A program made the position numbers and the translations under genes. The notes beneath the pieces were generated by a model that was not told where the DNA came from, ran no database searches, and worked only from the letters and a program-made list of their open reading frames with translations. From an uncultured Megasphaera sp. (lineage in GTDB: Bacteria; Bacillota; Negativicutes; Veillonellales; Megasphaeraceae), in the NCBI RefSeq assembly GCF_958350005.1, contig NZ_CATWFF010000001.1, forward strand, positions 6,616 to 30,615: a DNA stretch of 24,000 bases, given 5' to 3'. Below, piece by piece: positions 1 through 9,850 of this stretch; position 1 is the stretch's first letter, and each line of letters begins with the position of its first letter.

Positions 1-4
1 CGTC

Positions 5-40
5 AGCAGCCTTTGGTAAGGCTGCTATTGTTGTTTGTTC
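5..40 (+). terminator. Terminator-like hairpin plus U-rich tract just upstream of the murE RBS
   Basis: AGCAGCCTT (5-13) pairs perfectly with AAGGCTGCT (18-26) around loop TGGT. It is followed by ATTGTTGTTTGTT. Only about 30 nt remain before the murE start. Confidence 0.45.
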
Positions 41-69
41 TGCCACAGCGAATAGATTGAGGAGGATAT

Positions 70-1572
70 ATGATGAAAACAGTAGGAGAACTTTGCAAGC
101 AAATGAAGGGAATATACAATCTGGACGGCGCCGCCAATACGCCTGTTACGGGGATTACGTCTGATTCCCGTAATGTACAGCCCGGTGATTTGTTCGTCTG
201 CATTTCCGGCGTCCATGTCGATGGCGCTGCCTTTGCCGCTCAGGCCGTTGAAAAAGGGGCAGTTGCCGTACTGACGACAAAACATCTGGATCTGCCGAAG
301 GGAACGGTTCAGATTATGACGCCGGAAATACATCACGCCCTGGAAGACATGGTGCCTTATTTTTATGATTATCCCGGAAAAAAGATGCGCATGATCGGCG
401 TTACCGGCACGAACGGCAAGACGACGACGACCCACATTATTGCTCATATCCTGCGGGCTGCAGGCCATCATGTGGGCGTTCTCGGCACGATTCATGCCCT
501 CATTGATGACGAAGAACTGCCGATTCACAATACGACTCCTGATGTAGTAGAACTGCAGCGCTTTCTGGCGCTTATGCTGGAAAAAGGCATGACTCACGTC
601 GTCATGGAAGTATCCAGCCATGCCCTGGCACTGAACCGGGTAGCAGGCATTGAATTCGATACGGCTGTATTTACCAATCTGACGCAGGATCACCTCGATT
701 TCCACAAGACCATGGAAAATTACGTCGCTGCCAAGGCCAAGCTGTTTCAGAGCCTGTCGGCGCCGGATCACGTCAAAGATAACAAGACGGCCATTGTCAA
801 TATTGATGACGACTGGGCCGATCATATTCTCCGGGCCTGCCACTGCAAGGTACTGACGTACGGCGTAGAAAAGAAAGCAGACCTGCAGGGCTCCAATCTG
901 AAAGTAGAACTGAAAAAATCGTCCTTTGACGTCACCGGGCCTTTTGGCAGTGTTCACCTCAATATGAACATTACCGGCCTGTTCAATGTGTACAACACGC
1001 TGGCCGCCATTGGTGCCGCTCACGCCGAAGGTGTCGATACCAAGACCATTGACAGCGCCATTCAGACCTTCCATGCTGTTGCCGGGCGGTTTGAACTGGT
1101 TGAAGCGGGCCAGGATTTTGCCATTGTCGTCGATTATTCCCATACGCCGGACAGCCTGGAAAAGGCTTTGACCACAGCACGGGCCATGAAGCCAAACCGC
1201 ATCATTGCCGTATTCGGCTGCGGCGGTGACCGGGATCGGACGAAACGGCCCATTATGGGGAAAATTGCGGCCCAGGAAGCAGATATTCCCATTGTTACCT
1301 CTGATAACCCCCGCTCGGAAGATCCCGAAGCCATTGTCCGGGAAGTCGAAGCCGGCGTAGAACAGGGCCTCAAGCCAGGTCAGCACCATGAAGTCATTGT
1401 AGACCGCCGCTCGGCTATTCGCCGGGCTGTAGAACTGGCAAAGACAGGAGATATTATTCTCATTGCCGGCAAAGGTCATGAAACGTATCAGATTTTAAAC
1501 AGCGGCACCATTCATTTTGACGACCGCGAAGAAGCGCGCAACGCCGTGCTGGCTCGAAAGGGGAATCACTGA
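70..1572 (+). CDS. murE: UDP-N-acetylmuramoyl-L-alanyl-D-glutamate--2,6-diaminopimelate ligase (MurE)
   Basis: 500-aa ORF with GAGGAGG upstream. Mur-ligase P-loop GVTGTNGKTTT. C-terminal TSDNPRSEDP, where the DNPR motif is typical of meso-DAP-adding MurE. Position fits dcw order. Confidence 0.95.
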   Translation: MMKTVGELCKQMKGIYNLDGAANTPVTGITSDSRNVQPGDLFVCISGVHVDGAAFAAQAVEKGAVAVLTTKHLDLPKGTVQIMTPEIHHALEDMVPYFYDYPGKKMRMIGVTGTNGKTTTTHIIAHILRAAGHHVGVLGTIHALIDDEELPIHNTTPDVVELQRFLALMLEKGMTHVVMEVSSHALALNRVAGIEFDTAVFTNLTQDHLDFHKTMENYVAAKAKLFQSLSAPDHVKDNKTAIVNIDDDWADHILRACHCKVLTYGVEKKADLQGSNLKVELKKSSFDVTGPFGSVHLNMNITGLFNVYNTLAAIGAAHAEGVDTKTIDSAIQTFHAVAGRFELVEAGQDFAIVVDYSHTPDSLEKALTTARAMKPNRIIAVFGCGGDRDRTKRPIMGKIAAQEADIPIVTSDNPRSEDPEAIVREVEAGVEQGLKPGQHHEVIVDRRSAIRRAVELAKTGDIILIAGKGHETYQILNSGTIHFDDREEARNAVLARKGNH

Positions 1573-2957
1573 TGGCTTCCTTTTCACTGCAAGACGTACT
1601 GCAGGCAACAGGCGGCACTGTAGCCTGCGGGAAAAGGTCTGAACAGCATTTTTCCGACGTGTCTACCGATACGCGGACTATTGCGCCGCAGTCCCTGTTC
1701 GTCGCCCTGAAAGGGGAAACCTTTGATGGCCATGCCTTTGTGGCGGCAGCAGCTGAAGCCGGCGCTTCCGGCGCTGTCGTATCGGAATGGCGCGATGCAT
1801 ACCGCAGCCTGCCCCTGACAGTGATTGTCGTAACGGACACGCTGCAGGCCTATCAGGATCTGGCCCGGTTCCACCGGCGCCGTTTCTCCATTCCCGTCAT
1901 TGCTGTAACGGGCTCTGTCGGCAAGACATCGACGCGGAATATGATTGCTACCGTTCTTTCGCAAAAACTGCAGGTCCTGCAGACAGAAAAGAACTTCAAT
2001 AATGAAATCGGCTTGCCCCGGACGCTGCTCCAGCTGACAGACCGGCATGAAGCCTGCGTCGTAGAAATGGGCATGCGCGGTCTGGGACAGATTGCAGCCC
2101 TGGCGGCCATTGCCGAGCCGACAATCGGCGTCGTAACCAATGTGGGTATCTGCCATATTGAGCTGCTGGGCTCGCAGGACAATATTGCCCGGGCCAAAGG
2201 GGAACTGGTAGAAGCCATTCCGGCCAATGGCACGGCTGTATTAAATGGTGACGACCCCTATGTCTCCGCCATGGCAGACAAATGCCGCGGCACCGTCGTT
2301 ACCTATGGCGAACAGGCGCAGGCTGATGTACAGGCCTGCCGGATTTCGGCAGATGAACGGGGTGTGTCCTTTACGTGCCAGTCAGGAGGGGAATCCTTTG
2401 ACGTAACGGTGCCGGTTATTGGGCGGCATCACGTATATAATGCCCTGGCAGCCGTAGCCGTTGCCAGACTGACCGGCGTGACGACAGAACAGATACAGAA
2501 AGGACTGGCTTCCTACGCCGGCATGCCCATGCGGGAGGAACTGATTCATATCGGCGGCTGTACGTTTATTAACGATACGTATAATGCGAATCCGGCCTCC
2601 ATGGCCGCTGCTGTCCAGACGCTGGCTCATCTGACGAAGGGCCGCAAAATTGCGTTCCTCGCCGGTATGGGCGAGCTGGGACAGTGGGCTAAGAAGGCTC
2701 ATGAAGATATAGGCCGCCTGGTTGTAAAAGAGCATATTGACATTCTGATTACGCTGGGGACGCTGGCAGAAAACATTGCTTCTGCTGCCCGCAGTGAAGG
2801 AATGACGGCCGTGTATACGACGGAGACGCATGCCGAAGGGGCTGCGCTCCTGCAGTCTTTGTTGAAGCCGGGGGATACGGTTCTGCTCAAGGGATCCCGC
2901 AGCTTTGCCATGGAAAAGATACTGCCTTATATGGAAAGGAAGTCATGTGAATGTTAA
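1572..2957 (+). CDS. murF: UDP-N-acetylmuramoyl-tripeptide--D-alanyl-D-alanine ligase (MurF)
   Basis: 461-aa ORF. Its ATG overlaps the murE TGA by 1 nt (TGATG). P-loop AVTGSVGKTSTR and Mur-ligase middle and C-terminal domain pattern. Position fits dcw order. Confidence 0.95.
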   Translation: MASFSLQDVLQATGGTVACGKRSEQHFSDVSTDTRTIAPQSLFVALKGETFDGHAFVAAAAEAGASGAVVSEWRDAYRSLPLTVIVVTDTLQAYQDLARFHRRRFSIPVIAVTGSVGKTSTRNMIATVLSQKLQVLQTEKNFNNEIGLPRTLLQLTDRHEACVVEMGMRGLGQIAALAAIAEPTIGVVTNVGICHIELLGSQDNIARAKGELVEAIPANGTAVLNGDDPYVSAMADKCRGTVVTYGEQAQADVQACRISADERGVSFTCQSGGESFDVTVPVIGRHHVYNALAAVAVARLTGVTTEQIQKGLASYAGMPMREELIHIGGCTFINDTYNANPASMAAAVQTLAHLTKGRKIAFLAGMGELGQWAKKAHEDIGRLVVKEHIDILITLGTLAENIASAARSEGMTAVYTTETHAEGAALLQSLLKPGDTVLLKGSRSFAMEKILPYMERKSCEC

Positions 2958-3916
2958 ACACCCTGATTTTTGGATTTGCTGTCAGTTTAGTCGTCGCCCT
3001 GGTGCTGGGAAAACCGGTTATTCAGCAGCTGAAGAAATTTCATGCCCGTCAGTCTGAACGGGAAGAAGGACCGCAAAGTCATAAATACAAGGCCGGTACG
3101 CCGACAATGGGGGGCATCCTTATTTTAGCAGCCCTTGTCGTTTCCTGCCTGGTCTTCAATCCGACGGACCTGCGCAAGGGGCTGGCCTTATTCCTGACCT
3201 TGGGACACGGCGTCATTGGGTTTCTGGATGATGCCATCAAGGCGGTAAAACACCGGAACCTGGGATTGACAGCAAAGCAAAAATTACTGGGCCAGTTTAT
3301 TATGGCCGCCATATTTTGCTTTATCTTAAAAGAATTTCTTCAGTTCCCTACGACTTTGTGGATTCCCTTTACGTCACTGAATATTGACCTGGGATTTTTC
3401 TATTACTTCGTCGTATTTATCATGATCGTCGGCACGAGCAATGCTGTAAATCTTACTGATGGCCTTGATGGCCTGGCTGCAGGCTCCTGTGCCATTACGT
3501 CCGTTGCCTATGTCGTCATTGCCGTGGCTCTCGGCTATGTCAACTTTGCCGTCTTCAGCGCCGCTCTGACCGGTGCATGCCTGGGCTTTCTGTTTTACAA
3601 CCAGCATCCGGCCAAGATGTTTATGGGCGATACGGGCTCTTTGGCCTTAGGCGGGGCCCTGGCGGCAATGGCTATTTTGACGAAGACCGAACTGCTGCTG
3701 ATTCTGGCCGGAGGGCTGTACGTAGTCGAAGCGCTGTCGGTCATTATTCAGGTCGTGTCGTTTAAAACGCGAGGTGTCCGGATTTTTAAGATGAGTCCTA
3801 TTCACCATCATTTTGAATTATCTGGCTGGAGTGAAGTCAAGGTCGTTACTGTTTTTTGGAGTTTTTCCGCTCTTATGGCTATTTTGGCGATTATCGTCGT
3901 CTTGACGACAAAATAA
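2951..3916 (+). CDS. mraY: Phospho-N-acetylmuramoyl-pentapeptide transferase (MraY)
   Basis: 321-aa polytopic membrane protein. MraY motifs TPTMGG, NAVNLTDGLDGLA, MGDTGSLALGG and SPIHHHFE. Overlaps murF by 7 nt. Confidence 0.95.
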   Translation: MLNTLIFGFAVSLVVALVLGKPVIQQLKKFHARQSEREEGPQSHKYKAGTPTMGGILILAALVVSCLVFNPTDLRKGLALFLTLGHGVIGFLDDAIKAVKHRNLGLTAKQKLLGQFIMAAIFCFILKEFLQFPTTLWIPFTSLNIDLGFFYYFVVFIMIVGTSNAVNLTDGLDGLAAGSCAITSVAYVVIAVALGYVNFAVFSAALTGACLGFLFYNQHPAKMFMGDTGSLALGGALAAMAILTKTELLLILAGGLYVVEALSVIIQVVSFKTRGVRIFKMSPIHHHFELSGWSEVKVVTVFWSFSALMAILAIIVVLTTK

Positions 3917-3963
3917 AGCGGATATGAATACATTCATTTTCATGGCAAAGCAGGTGTTGGCAA

Positions 3964-5328
3964 ATGAGCATTATGGATTTTACAGGCAAACATATACTGG
4001 TTCTCGGCGCCGGTATCAGCGGCCAAGCTGCGTCGCTGGCCCTGGCCCGGCACGGCGGCAGCGTCGTACTGAATGATAAAAAAAATATTGATACGTCAGA
4101 AAAACCATGGCCGGAACTTGCCGCTGCCGGTGTGCAGCTGGTTTTCGGCAGTCAGGATATGGGTCTTCTCGAGGGCGTGGATATTGTCGTTCCATCACCG
4201 GTTATTTCTCCGGAAATGCCGCTGGTAGCAGAAGCCCTGCGCCGCGGACTTCCTGTCTGGAGCGAAGTCGAAGTGGCCTGCCGTCTTACGAATGCGGAAA
4301 TACTGGGCGTTACCGGTACGAACGGCAAGACGACGACAACGACTCTTCTCGGTGAAATGATGAAGGCTTCAGGCCGTCAGACCGTAGTAGGCGGCAATAT
4401 TGGCGCCGGATTATCGGAACTGGCAGAAGATTTGCCGGCCACGGCCGTCGTAGTAGCCGAGCTGTCGAGTTTTCAGCTGGAATTGACGCAGACCCTGAAG
4501 CCGAAGGCTGCGGTTATTCTGAACATTACGCCAGACCATCTGGACCGTCATCATACGATGGAAGCCTATGCTGCTGCGAAAGAACGGATTTTCCGCAATC
4601 AGGACAGTCACGATTTTGCGGCGCTCAATTATGATGACGCTCGGGTTCGGGCCATGGCAGACCGGATGAAAGGTCATATTCTGTGGTTTTCAACGGAAAG
4701 GGAAGTGCCGGAAGGGGCCTTCTATGACGGCACCTCTCTCATCCTTCGCCTCCACGGTGCCGATACGGTTATTTGCCGGGATAGGGACCTGCATCTGTTT
4801 GGCCGCCATAATATACAGAACTGCCTGGCTGCGTCTCTTCTGGCTCATGCTGCCGGCGTATCGCTGGATGTGATCCGCAAGGTACTGATGAGCTTTAAAG
4901 GCGTAGAACACAGACTGGAAAAAGTTCGCGTCATTCATGGCGTTACGTATTACAATGATTCCAAGGGAACCAATACGGACGCTTCCATTAAGGCGTTGGA
5001 AGCCTTTTCCGGTCATTTGATTCTCATTGCCGGCGGATACGATAAGATGACGCCTCTTGATGAGTTTATGGCGCTGGCAGCGAAAAAAGTCGATACCCTT
5101 ATCCTTATCGGCAATGCAGCTGACCGGTTTGAAGAAGCAGCTAAAAAGGCGGGCATTACAGATATTCGCCGTGCCGGGTACAGTATGGAACAGGCCATTA
5201 TGATGGCCCGCAAGATTGCCAAGGCACCGCAGGCCGTGCTGTTGTCGCCGGCTTGCTCCAGTTATGATATGTATGATAATTATGAACAGCGCGGACGGGT
5301 CTTTAAAGGCATTGTCAACGCAATATAG
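3964..5328 (+). CDS. murD: UDP-N-acetylmuramoylalanine--D-glutamate ligase (MurD)
   Basis: 454 aa. N-terminal Rossmann loop VLGAGISGQA and P-loop GVTGTNGKTTTT. GCAGGTG RBS lies 7 nt upstream. Confidence 0.95.
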   Translation: MSIMDFTGKHILVLGAGISGQAASLALARHGGSVVLNDKKNIDTSEKPWPELAAAGVQLVFGSQDMGLLEGVDIVVPSPVISPEMPLVAEALRRGLPVWSEVEVACRLTNAEILGVTGTNGKTTTTTLLGEMMKASGRQTVVGGNIGAGLSELAEDLPATAVVVAELSSFQLELTQTLKPKAAVILNITPDHLDRHHTMEAYAAAKERIFRNQDSHDFAALNYDDARVRAMADRMKGHILWFSTEREVPEGAFYDGTSLILRLHGADTVICRDRDLHLFGRHNIQNCLAASLLAHAAGVSLDVIRKVLMSFKGVEHRLEKVRVIHGVTYYNDSKGTNTDASIKALEAFSGHLILIAGGYDKMTPLDEFMALAAKKVDTLILIGNAADRFEEAAKKAGITDIRRAGYSMEQAIMMARKIAKAPQAVLLSPACSSYDMYDNYEQRGRVFKGIVNAI

Positions 5329-5360
5329 CAGTTAGTAATCTGGTAATGGGGGACGAAGAC

Positions 5361-6488
5361 ATGCGCCGAGTCATTATTTCCGGAGGCGGAACAGGCGGGC
5401 ATATTTATCCGGCAATTACGATTGCCCGGGCAATTGCCGACATCGAACCGACGGAGTTTTTATATGTAGGTTCTAAAATTGGATTGGAAAATACGCTGAT
5501 CCCTAAAGAAGGACTGCCGTTTGTTACCTTGGATGTACGGGGACTGGAACGAAAAATCTCCTTCCGCAACCTGGTTACGCTGGGGAAAACGGCGGCCAGC
5601 CTGATTCGGGCAGAAGGTATTATCCGTAAGTTTAAGCCGGACGTCGTCATCGGGACAGGCGGCTTTGTCTGCGGTCCCGTGCTGCTGGCAGCCAGCCTGA
5701 GCGGCGTGCCGGCACTGATTCAGGAACAGAACGTCATTCCTGGCGTGACCAATATGATTTTGAGCAAGTTTGTCACTCGTGTGGCCTTGGGATACAGGGA
5801 AGCGGCAGGCCGGTTCAAGCGGAAGAATATACTGGTATATACGGGAAATCCCGTCCGCAAGGATATTCTGACAGTTACAAAAGAAGAAGGGCGGCAGATG
5901 CTGGGGCTGGATCCTCATAAATTTACGCTCCTCGTAGCCGGCGGCAGCCGGGGGGCCAGAAGCATCAATTCTGCCATGATAGAAGTACATAAATATTTTG
6001 CCAATGCCAAGGATATACAAATCCTGCATGTAACAGGCGATCATGAATACGATCGGGTCGTCAAGCAGCTCGACGGCATTGACGGCAAGGGCCGCTACGG
6101 AGAAGGGAGCCGGATCATTCCCTATCTCCATCACATGCCGGCAGCCCTGGCCGCTGCTGATCTGGCCGTATACCGCGCCGGTGCCGTAGGACTGGCAGAG
6201 CTGACGGTCCGGGGCGTACCATCTATTCTGATTCCCTATCCCTATGCCGCAGAAGATCATCAGCGCTATAATGCCCAGGCTCTGGTCATGTGCGGCGCCG
6301 CCAAAATGATTCTGGACAAAATGCTGACCGGACGGGATTTGCTGGAAGAAATTCTGCACCTTAAAGAGGATCCGCAGGCCCTGGCAGCCATGGCCAAGGC
6401 CAGCAAGGCATTGGGGAAACCGCAGGCAGCCCATGATATTGCCACCCTGGCGTTATCCATTGCCCGCTGTCGGCACAGCTCTCACTAA
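5361..6488 (+). CDS. murG: Undecaprenyldiphospho-muramoylpentapeptide beta-N-acetylglucosaminyltransferase (MurG)
   Basis: N-terminal G-loop ISGGGTGGHIYPA with GT28 family layout. I chose the ATG at 5361, which has GGGGGA 7 nt upstream. The ORF-track ATG at 5346 has no SD and adds MGDED. Confidence 0.9.
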   Translation: MRRVIISGGGTGGHIYPAITIARAIADIEPTEFLYVGSKIGLENTLIPKEGLPFVTLDVRGLERKISFRNLVTLGKTAASLIRAEGIIRKFKPDVVIGTGGFVCGPVLLAASLSGVPALIQEQNVIPGVTNMILSKFVTRVALGYREAAGRFKRKNILVYTGNPVRKDILTVTKEEGRQMLGLDPHKFTLLVAGGSRGARSINSAMIEVHKYFANAKDIQILHVTGDHEYDRVVKQLDGIDGKGRYGEGSRIIPYLHHMPAALAAADLAVYRAGAVGLAELTVRGVPSILIPYPYAAEDHQRYNAQALVMCGAAKMILDKMLTGRDLLEEILHLKEDPQALAAMAKASKALGKPQAAHDIATLALSIARCRHSSH

Positions 6489-6511
6489 ATAAAGGATGTG
6501 TAAGAAAGACC

Positions 6512-7891
6512 ATGGTTAATCTTGACGATATACGAAAAATACATTTTGTTGGCATTGCCGGCGCAGGTATGCGGGCTATTGCCAATGTATTCATAGAAAA
6601 AGGATATGACGTATCCGGTTCTGATATCAGAGAATCGGATATTACCAGACGGCTGGCAGAAAAAGGGGCCCGCATCTGTATTGGACAGAAAGGGGAAAAC
6701 CTGGAAGATGCGCAGGTCGTCGTCGTTTCTTCGGCTATCCGCAGCGACAATGCCGAAGTCGTTGAAGCGCGGCGCCGGCAGATTCCGGTCATCCATCGTT
6801 CTGACGCCCTTGTCCATATCATGACCTGGGGTAAGGGAATCTCCGTTGCCGGTGCTCACGGCAAGACGACGACGTCGTCCATGCTGGGCCAGGTATTTGA
6901 AGAAAATCATATGGACCCGACTATTGTCATTGGCGGCGAAGTCGATTACCTGCACAGTAATTCCATCCTTGGCAAGGGCAAATATGTCATTGCCGAAGCC
7001 GATGAAAGTGACGGAACCTTTCTCAAGCAGAAACCGTACATTGCTGTAGTGACGAATATTGACGCCGACCATATGGATCATTACGGCTCACTGGCCAATG
7101 TGGTAGAAGCGTTTAAAGAATTTATTCAGAAGCTGGACCCGGAAACGGGACTGGCTGTGCTGTGCGTGGAAAATGAACGCATCCGTGCGCTGGCACCGCA
7201 CGTACAGCGCCGATATGTATCGTACGGCATTGATCAGCCTGCAGATTATCAGGCTTCCAATCTTCACTATGTGGCAGGACGGCTGCACTTTGACGTCTCG
7301 TTCCAGGGTACACACCTGGGAGAAGTGGTGCTCCATGTTCCAGGTCGGCATAATGTGCTCAATGCCCTGGCAACGATTGCCGTCGCCCTTCACTGCGGCA
7401 TTCCCTTTGCCGGAATAGCAGAAGCGCTGTCTCATTTTCACGGAGCAAAACGGCGGTTCCAGACGAAGGGAATCGTCAAAGACGTGTGGGTCGTTGACGA
7501 TTATGCTCATCATCCGACAGAAATCAATGCCACCCTGACGGCAGCCCGGGACATGGGGACGCACCGCGTCGTATGCGTGTTCCAGCCGCACCGGTATACG
7601 CGGACGAAACTCCTGCTCAACCAATATGGAGCGGCCTTTGCCAAGGCAGATGAGCTCATCGTCACCGACGTGTACAGTGCCGGTGAAGATCCCATTCCCG
7701 GCATATCAGGCAAGCTGATTGCCGATAAGGTGCGGGAAACGACAGGGCAGGATGTGCGGTATATTCCCCATGCTGATGACGTTGTTGCGTACCTGGAGGA
7801 AACATCCCGGCCTTTCGACCTGATTATCACCATGGGAGCCGGCGATATTTACAAAGTAGGCGAACGTTATTTAGAAGCAGTCAGAAAATAG
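6512..7891 (+). CDS. murC: UDP-N-acetylmuramate--L-alanine ligase (MurC)
   Basis: 459 aa. N-terminal IHFVGIAGAGMRAIA and P-loop VAGAHGKTTTSSM, with a Mur-ligase C-terminal domain. Confidence 0.95.
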   Translation: MVNLDDIRKIHFVGIAGAGMRAIANVFIEKGYDVSGSDIRESDITRRLAEKGARICIGQKGENLEDAQVVVVSSAIRSDNAEVVEARRRQIPVIHRSDALVHIMTWGKGISVAGAHGKTTTSSMLGQVFEENHMDPTIVIGGEVDYLHSNSILGKGKYVIAEADESDGTFLKQKPYIAVVTNIDADHMDHYGSLANVVEAFKEFIQKLDPETGLAVLCVENERIRALAPHVQRRYVSYGIDQPADYQASNLHYVAGRLHFDVSFQGTHLGEVVLHVPGRHNVLNALATIAVALHCGIPFAGIAEALSHFHGAKRRFQTKGIVKDVWVVDDYAHHPTEINATLTAARDMGTHRVVCVFQPHRYTRTKLLLNQYGAAFAKADELIVTDVYSAGEDPIPGISGKLIADKVRETTGQDVRYIPHADDVVAYLEETSRPFDLIITMGAGDIYKVGERYLEAVRK

Positions 7892-7907
7892 GAGCATACA
7901 CAGGACT

Positions 7908-8846
7908 ATGGAAATGATGAAAGAGAAAAAAATCGCCGTCATCGTAGGCGGCCCTTCAACGGAAGCAGCTGTTTCGCGCAATACTGGGACCTCGGTGGCC
8001 AAAGCGCTGAATGAAAAGGGATATCATACGGAAACGATCGAGCTGGTGCCGCATGAACTGGCCAGAGAACTGGAAGAACGCCATATTGACGTCGTCTTCA
8101 ATGCCCTGCACGGCCGGTACGGTGAAGACGGCGTGCTACAGGGCATGTGTGAAATGATGGGCATTCCCTATACAGGTCCCGGCGTCATGGCCAGTGCCGT
8201 AGGCATGAGCAAAGTCATGAGCAAGTGCGCCTTTCAGGGGGCCGGTATTCCGACAGCTCCCTTTGCGTATTACTTTGCTTCCCAGGGAACGGATGCTATT
8301 TTGAAAGATCTGCACAGCCGCTTCTCCCTGCCTGTAGTCATCAAGTCTTCCGGACAGGGTTCCAGCATTGGCACGGTCATTGTTACAGAAGAATCGCAGC
8401 TGAAAGGCGCCCTCGATGAAGCCTTCAAATATGGCGATTCCATTATTGCCGAAGCCTTTCTGACTGGCGATGAATTTACGGTTGCTGTCATGGATGACCT
8501 GGCCTTTCCGGTTATTCAGATCGTGTCGTCTACAGGAAAGTACGATTATTATTCCAAATACACGCCAGGCGTGTCTACCCATCTTTGCCCGGCACCGGTG
8601 TCAGAAGAACTGACCAAAGAGATGCAGGACCTGGCGCTGCGCGTGTTCCACCTGTGCCACTGCAGCGGCGTAGCCCGCGTCGATTTGATGACAGACGGAA
8701 AGGGCAATCCTTTTGTTCTGGAAATCAATACGGTCCCCGGCATGACAGCGACCAGTCTGGTGCCGGATGCAGCCAAGGCCATGGGCCTTTCCTTTGCCGA
8801 TTTATGTGAAAAGATTCTGCTGGAAGCTTCTGTAGGTAAATTCTGA
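7908..8846 (+). CDS. ddl: D-alanine--D-alanine ligase (Ddl)
   Basis: 312 aa, ATP-grasp. KIAVIVGGPSTEAAVS N-terminus and LEINTVPGMTATSLVP near the C-terminus. The omega-loop segment YYSKYTPG keeps the Tyr that aligns with E. coli DdlB Tyr216, as expected for D-Ala-D-Ala rather than D-Ala-D-Lac ligases. Confidence 0.93.
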   Translation: MEMMKEKKIAVIVGGPSTEAAVSRNTGTSVAKALNEKGYHTETIELVPHELARELEERHIDVVFNALHGRYGEDGVLQGMCEMMGIPYTGPGVMASAVGMSKVMSKCAFQGAGIPTAPFAYYFASQGTDAILKDLHSRFSLPVVIKSSGQGSSIGTVIVTEESQLKGALDEAFKYGDSIIAEAFLTGDEFTVAVMDDLAFPVIQIVSSTGKYDYYSKYTPGVSTHLCPAPVSEELTKEMQDLALRVFHLCHCSGVARVDLMTDGKGNPFVLEINTVPGMTATSLVPDAAKAMGLSFADLCEKILLEASVGKF

Positions 8847-8847
8847 T

Positions 8848-9741
8848 ATGCCAAAGGACAGATACACGTTGCCCGAACTCCATCGAACCAGCGATGTGTT
8901 TATTCCTCCCCAGATTGAACACGATCCGCTGGATGACCTGACGCCGGGAAACGAAAAGAAAGAACAGCCGGAACCTGGGGAAAAGCGCCGCCGTCTGCGC
9001 CGAAAGAAAAAGGACAGCCTGCGCCGCCGGCGCCGGCGGAAAAAGCGCAGCCGCCTGGCAATCGCCGGAGGTGTTCTGGGAGTTTTGGTTCTGTGGCTGC
9101 TGCTGCGGGTGGCACCGATTTCGTTCGGCACTCTCCTTATTGAAGGCAATGAAGCGCTGACGGCAGAAGACGTACGTCGGGCTGCCGGCGTGCCAGGGTA
9201 TGTCAATGTCATTCAGCTGTCGCCGGACGATATGCAGGAACGGATGCAGAAGGATCTGCGCATCAGCGCTGTCACAGTAAAGCGGGAATTTCCGGCGGCC
9301 ATACGCATTACGCTGACGGAACGAAAAGCAGCTGCTGTTGTCCGGACGCTGTATGGCTTTGCCTATGTCGATGCCAAAGGCACCGTCATGGATATACAGC
9401 CGCAGATTCAGGGCATTTCCGTTCCCATCATTACAGGTACCAAAATGGATGCGCTCCTGCTGGGTGATACTATCAGCGACGGTCCCATTGCACGGGGACT
9501 GGCGTATCTGCAGGAACTGCCGCCGGATATTCTGAAGACCATTGCCGAAGTCAATGTGGGAAATGAAACCAACCTCATTGCCTATACGAGTGATTCCCTG
9601 CCTATTTATCTGGGGACAGGCGACCACCCGGCAGAACGGGCAAAGCTTACGGAAGAGCTGCTGCAGGAAGTGCAGCAGCGGCATATGATGGTTCAGTATA
9701 TTGATACGGATATACGGGCCCCCCTGGTCAAAAGCAAATAG
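8848..9741 (+). CDS. ftsQ: Cell division protein FtsQ/DivIB (POTRA domain) with a polybasic N-terminal tail
   Basis: 297 aa. Cytoplasmic tail, a single TM helix (IAGGVLGVLVLWLLL), then a POTRA-like segment (IEGNEALTAEDVRRAAG...ITLTERKAAAVV). Lies between ddl and ftsZ. Confidence 0.8.
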   Translation: MPKDRYTLPELHRTSDVFIPPQIEHDPLDDLTPGNEKKEQPEPGEKRRRLRRKKKDSLRRRRRRKKRSRLAIAGGVLGVLVLWLLLRVAPISFGTLLIEGNEALTAEDVRRAAGVPGYVNVIQLSPDDMQERMQKDLRISAVTVKREFPAAIRITLTERKAAAVVRTLYGFAYVDAKGTVMDIQPQIQGISVPIITGTKMDALLLGDTISDGPIARGLAYLQELPPDILKTIAEVNVGNETNLIAYTSDSLPIYLGTGDHPAERAKLTEELLQEVQQRHMMVQYIDTDIRAPLVKSK

Positions 9742-9850
9742 GATGGGTTTACATAAAAAAAATATGGATAATTTTTTCCAGATAGTGTAAAATAATAGAG
9801 AATCCTATGTATACAGCAGTATTCACGATTTTGAAGGAGGAAAAAGTAAC

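Noticed and set aside
1-60. A possible 3' end of an upstream CDS, such as an ftsI-type PBP, in frame 1 (RQQPLVRLLLLFVLPQRID, stop at 58-60).
   Set aside because: The frame is too short to judge and uses rare codons (AGG, CTA, ATA). The same bases form a terminator-like hairpin. Frame 2 stops at 17-19. I cannot support a call from 60 nt.
25-1479. A 484-aa ORF on the minus strand antisense to murE. Similar long antisense ORFs occur at 5460-6434, 8725-9684, 13185-14195, 16578-17243 and 20625-21425.
   Set aside because: Each lies entirely inside a + strand gene that has unmistakable family motifs. Their translations are low-complexity or unrecognisable, with no RBS context. These are shadow ORFs of the kind expected in moderately GC-rich coding DNA.
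8802-9212. An arginine-rich 136-aa minus-strand ORF opposite the ftsQ polybasic region.
   Set aside because: It is a mirror image of the repetitive CGC/CGG/AAG codons that encode the FtsQ basic tail. It has no independent coding signal.
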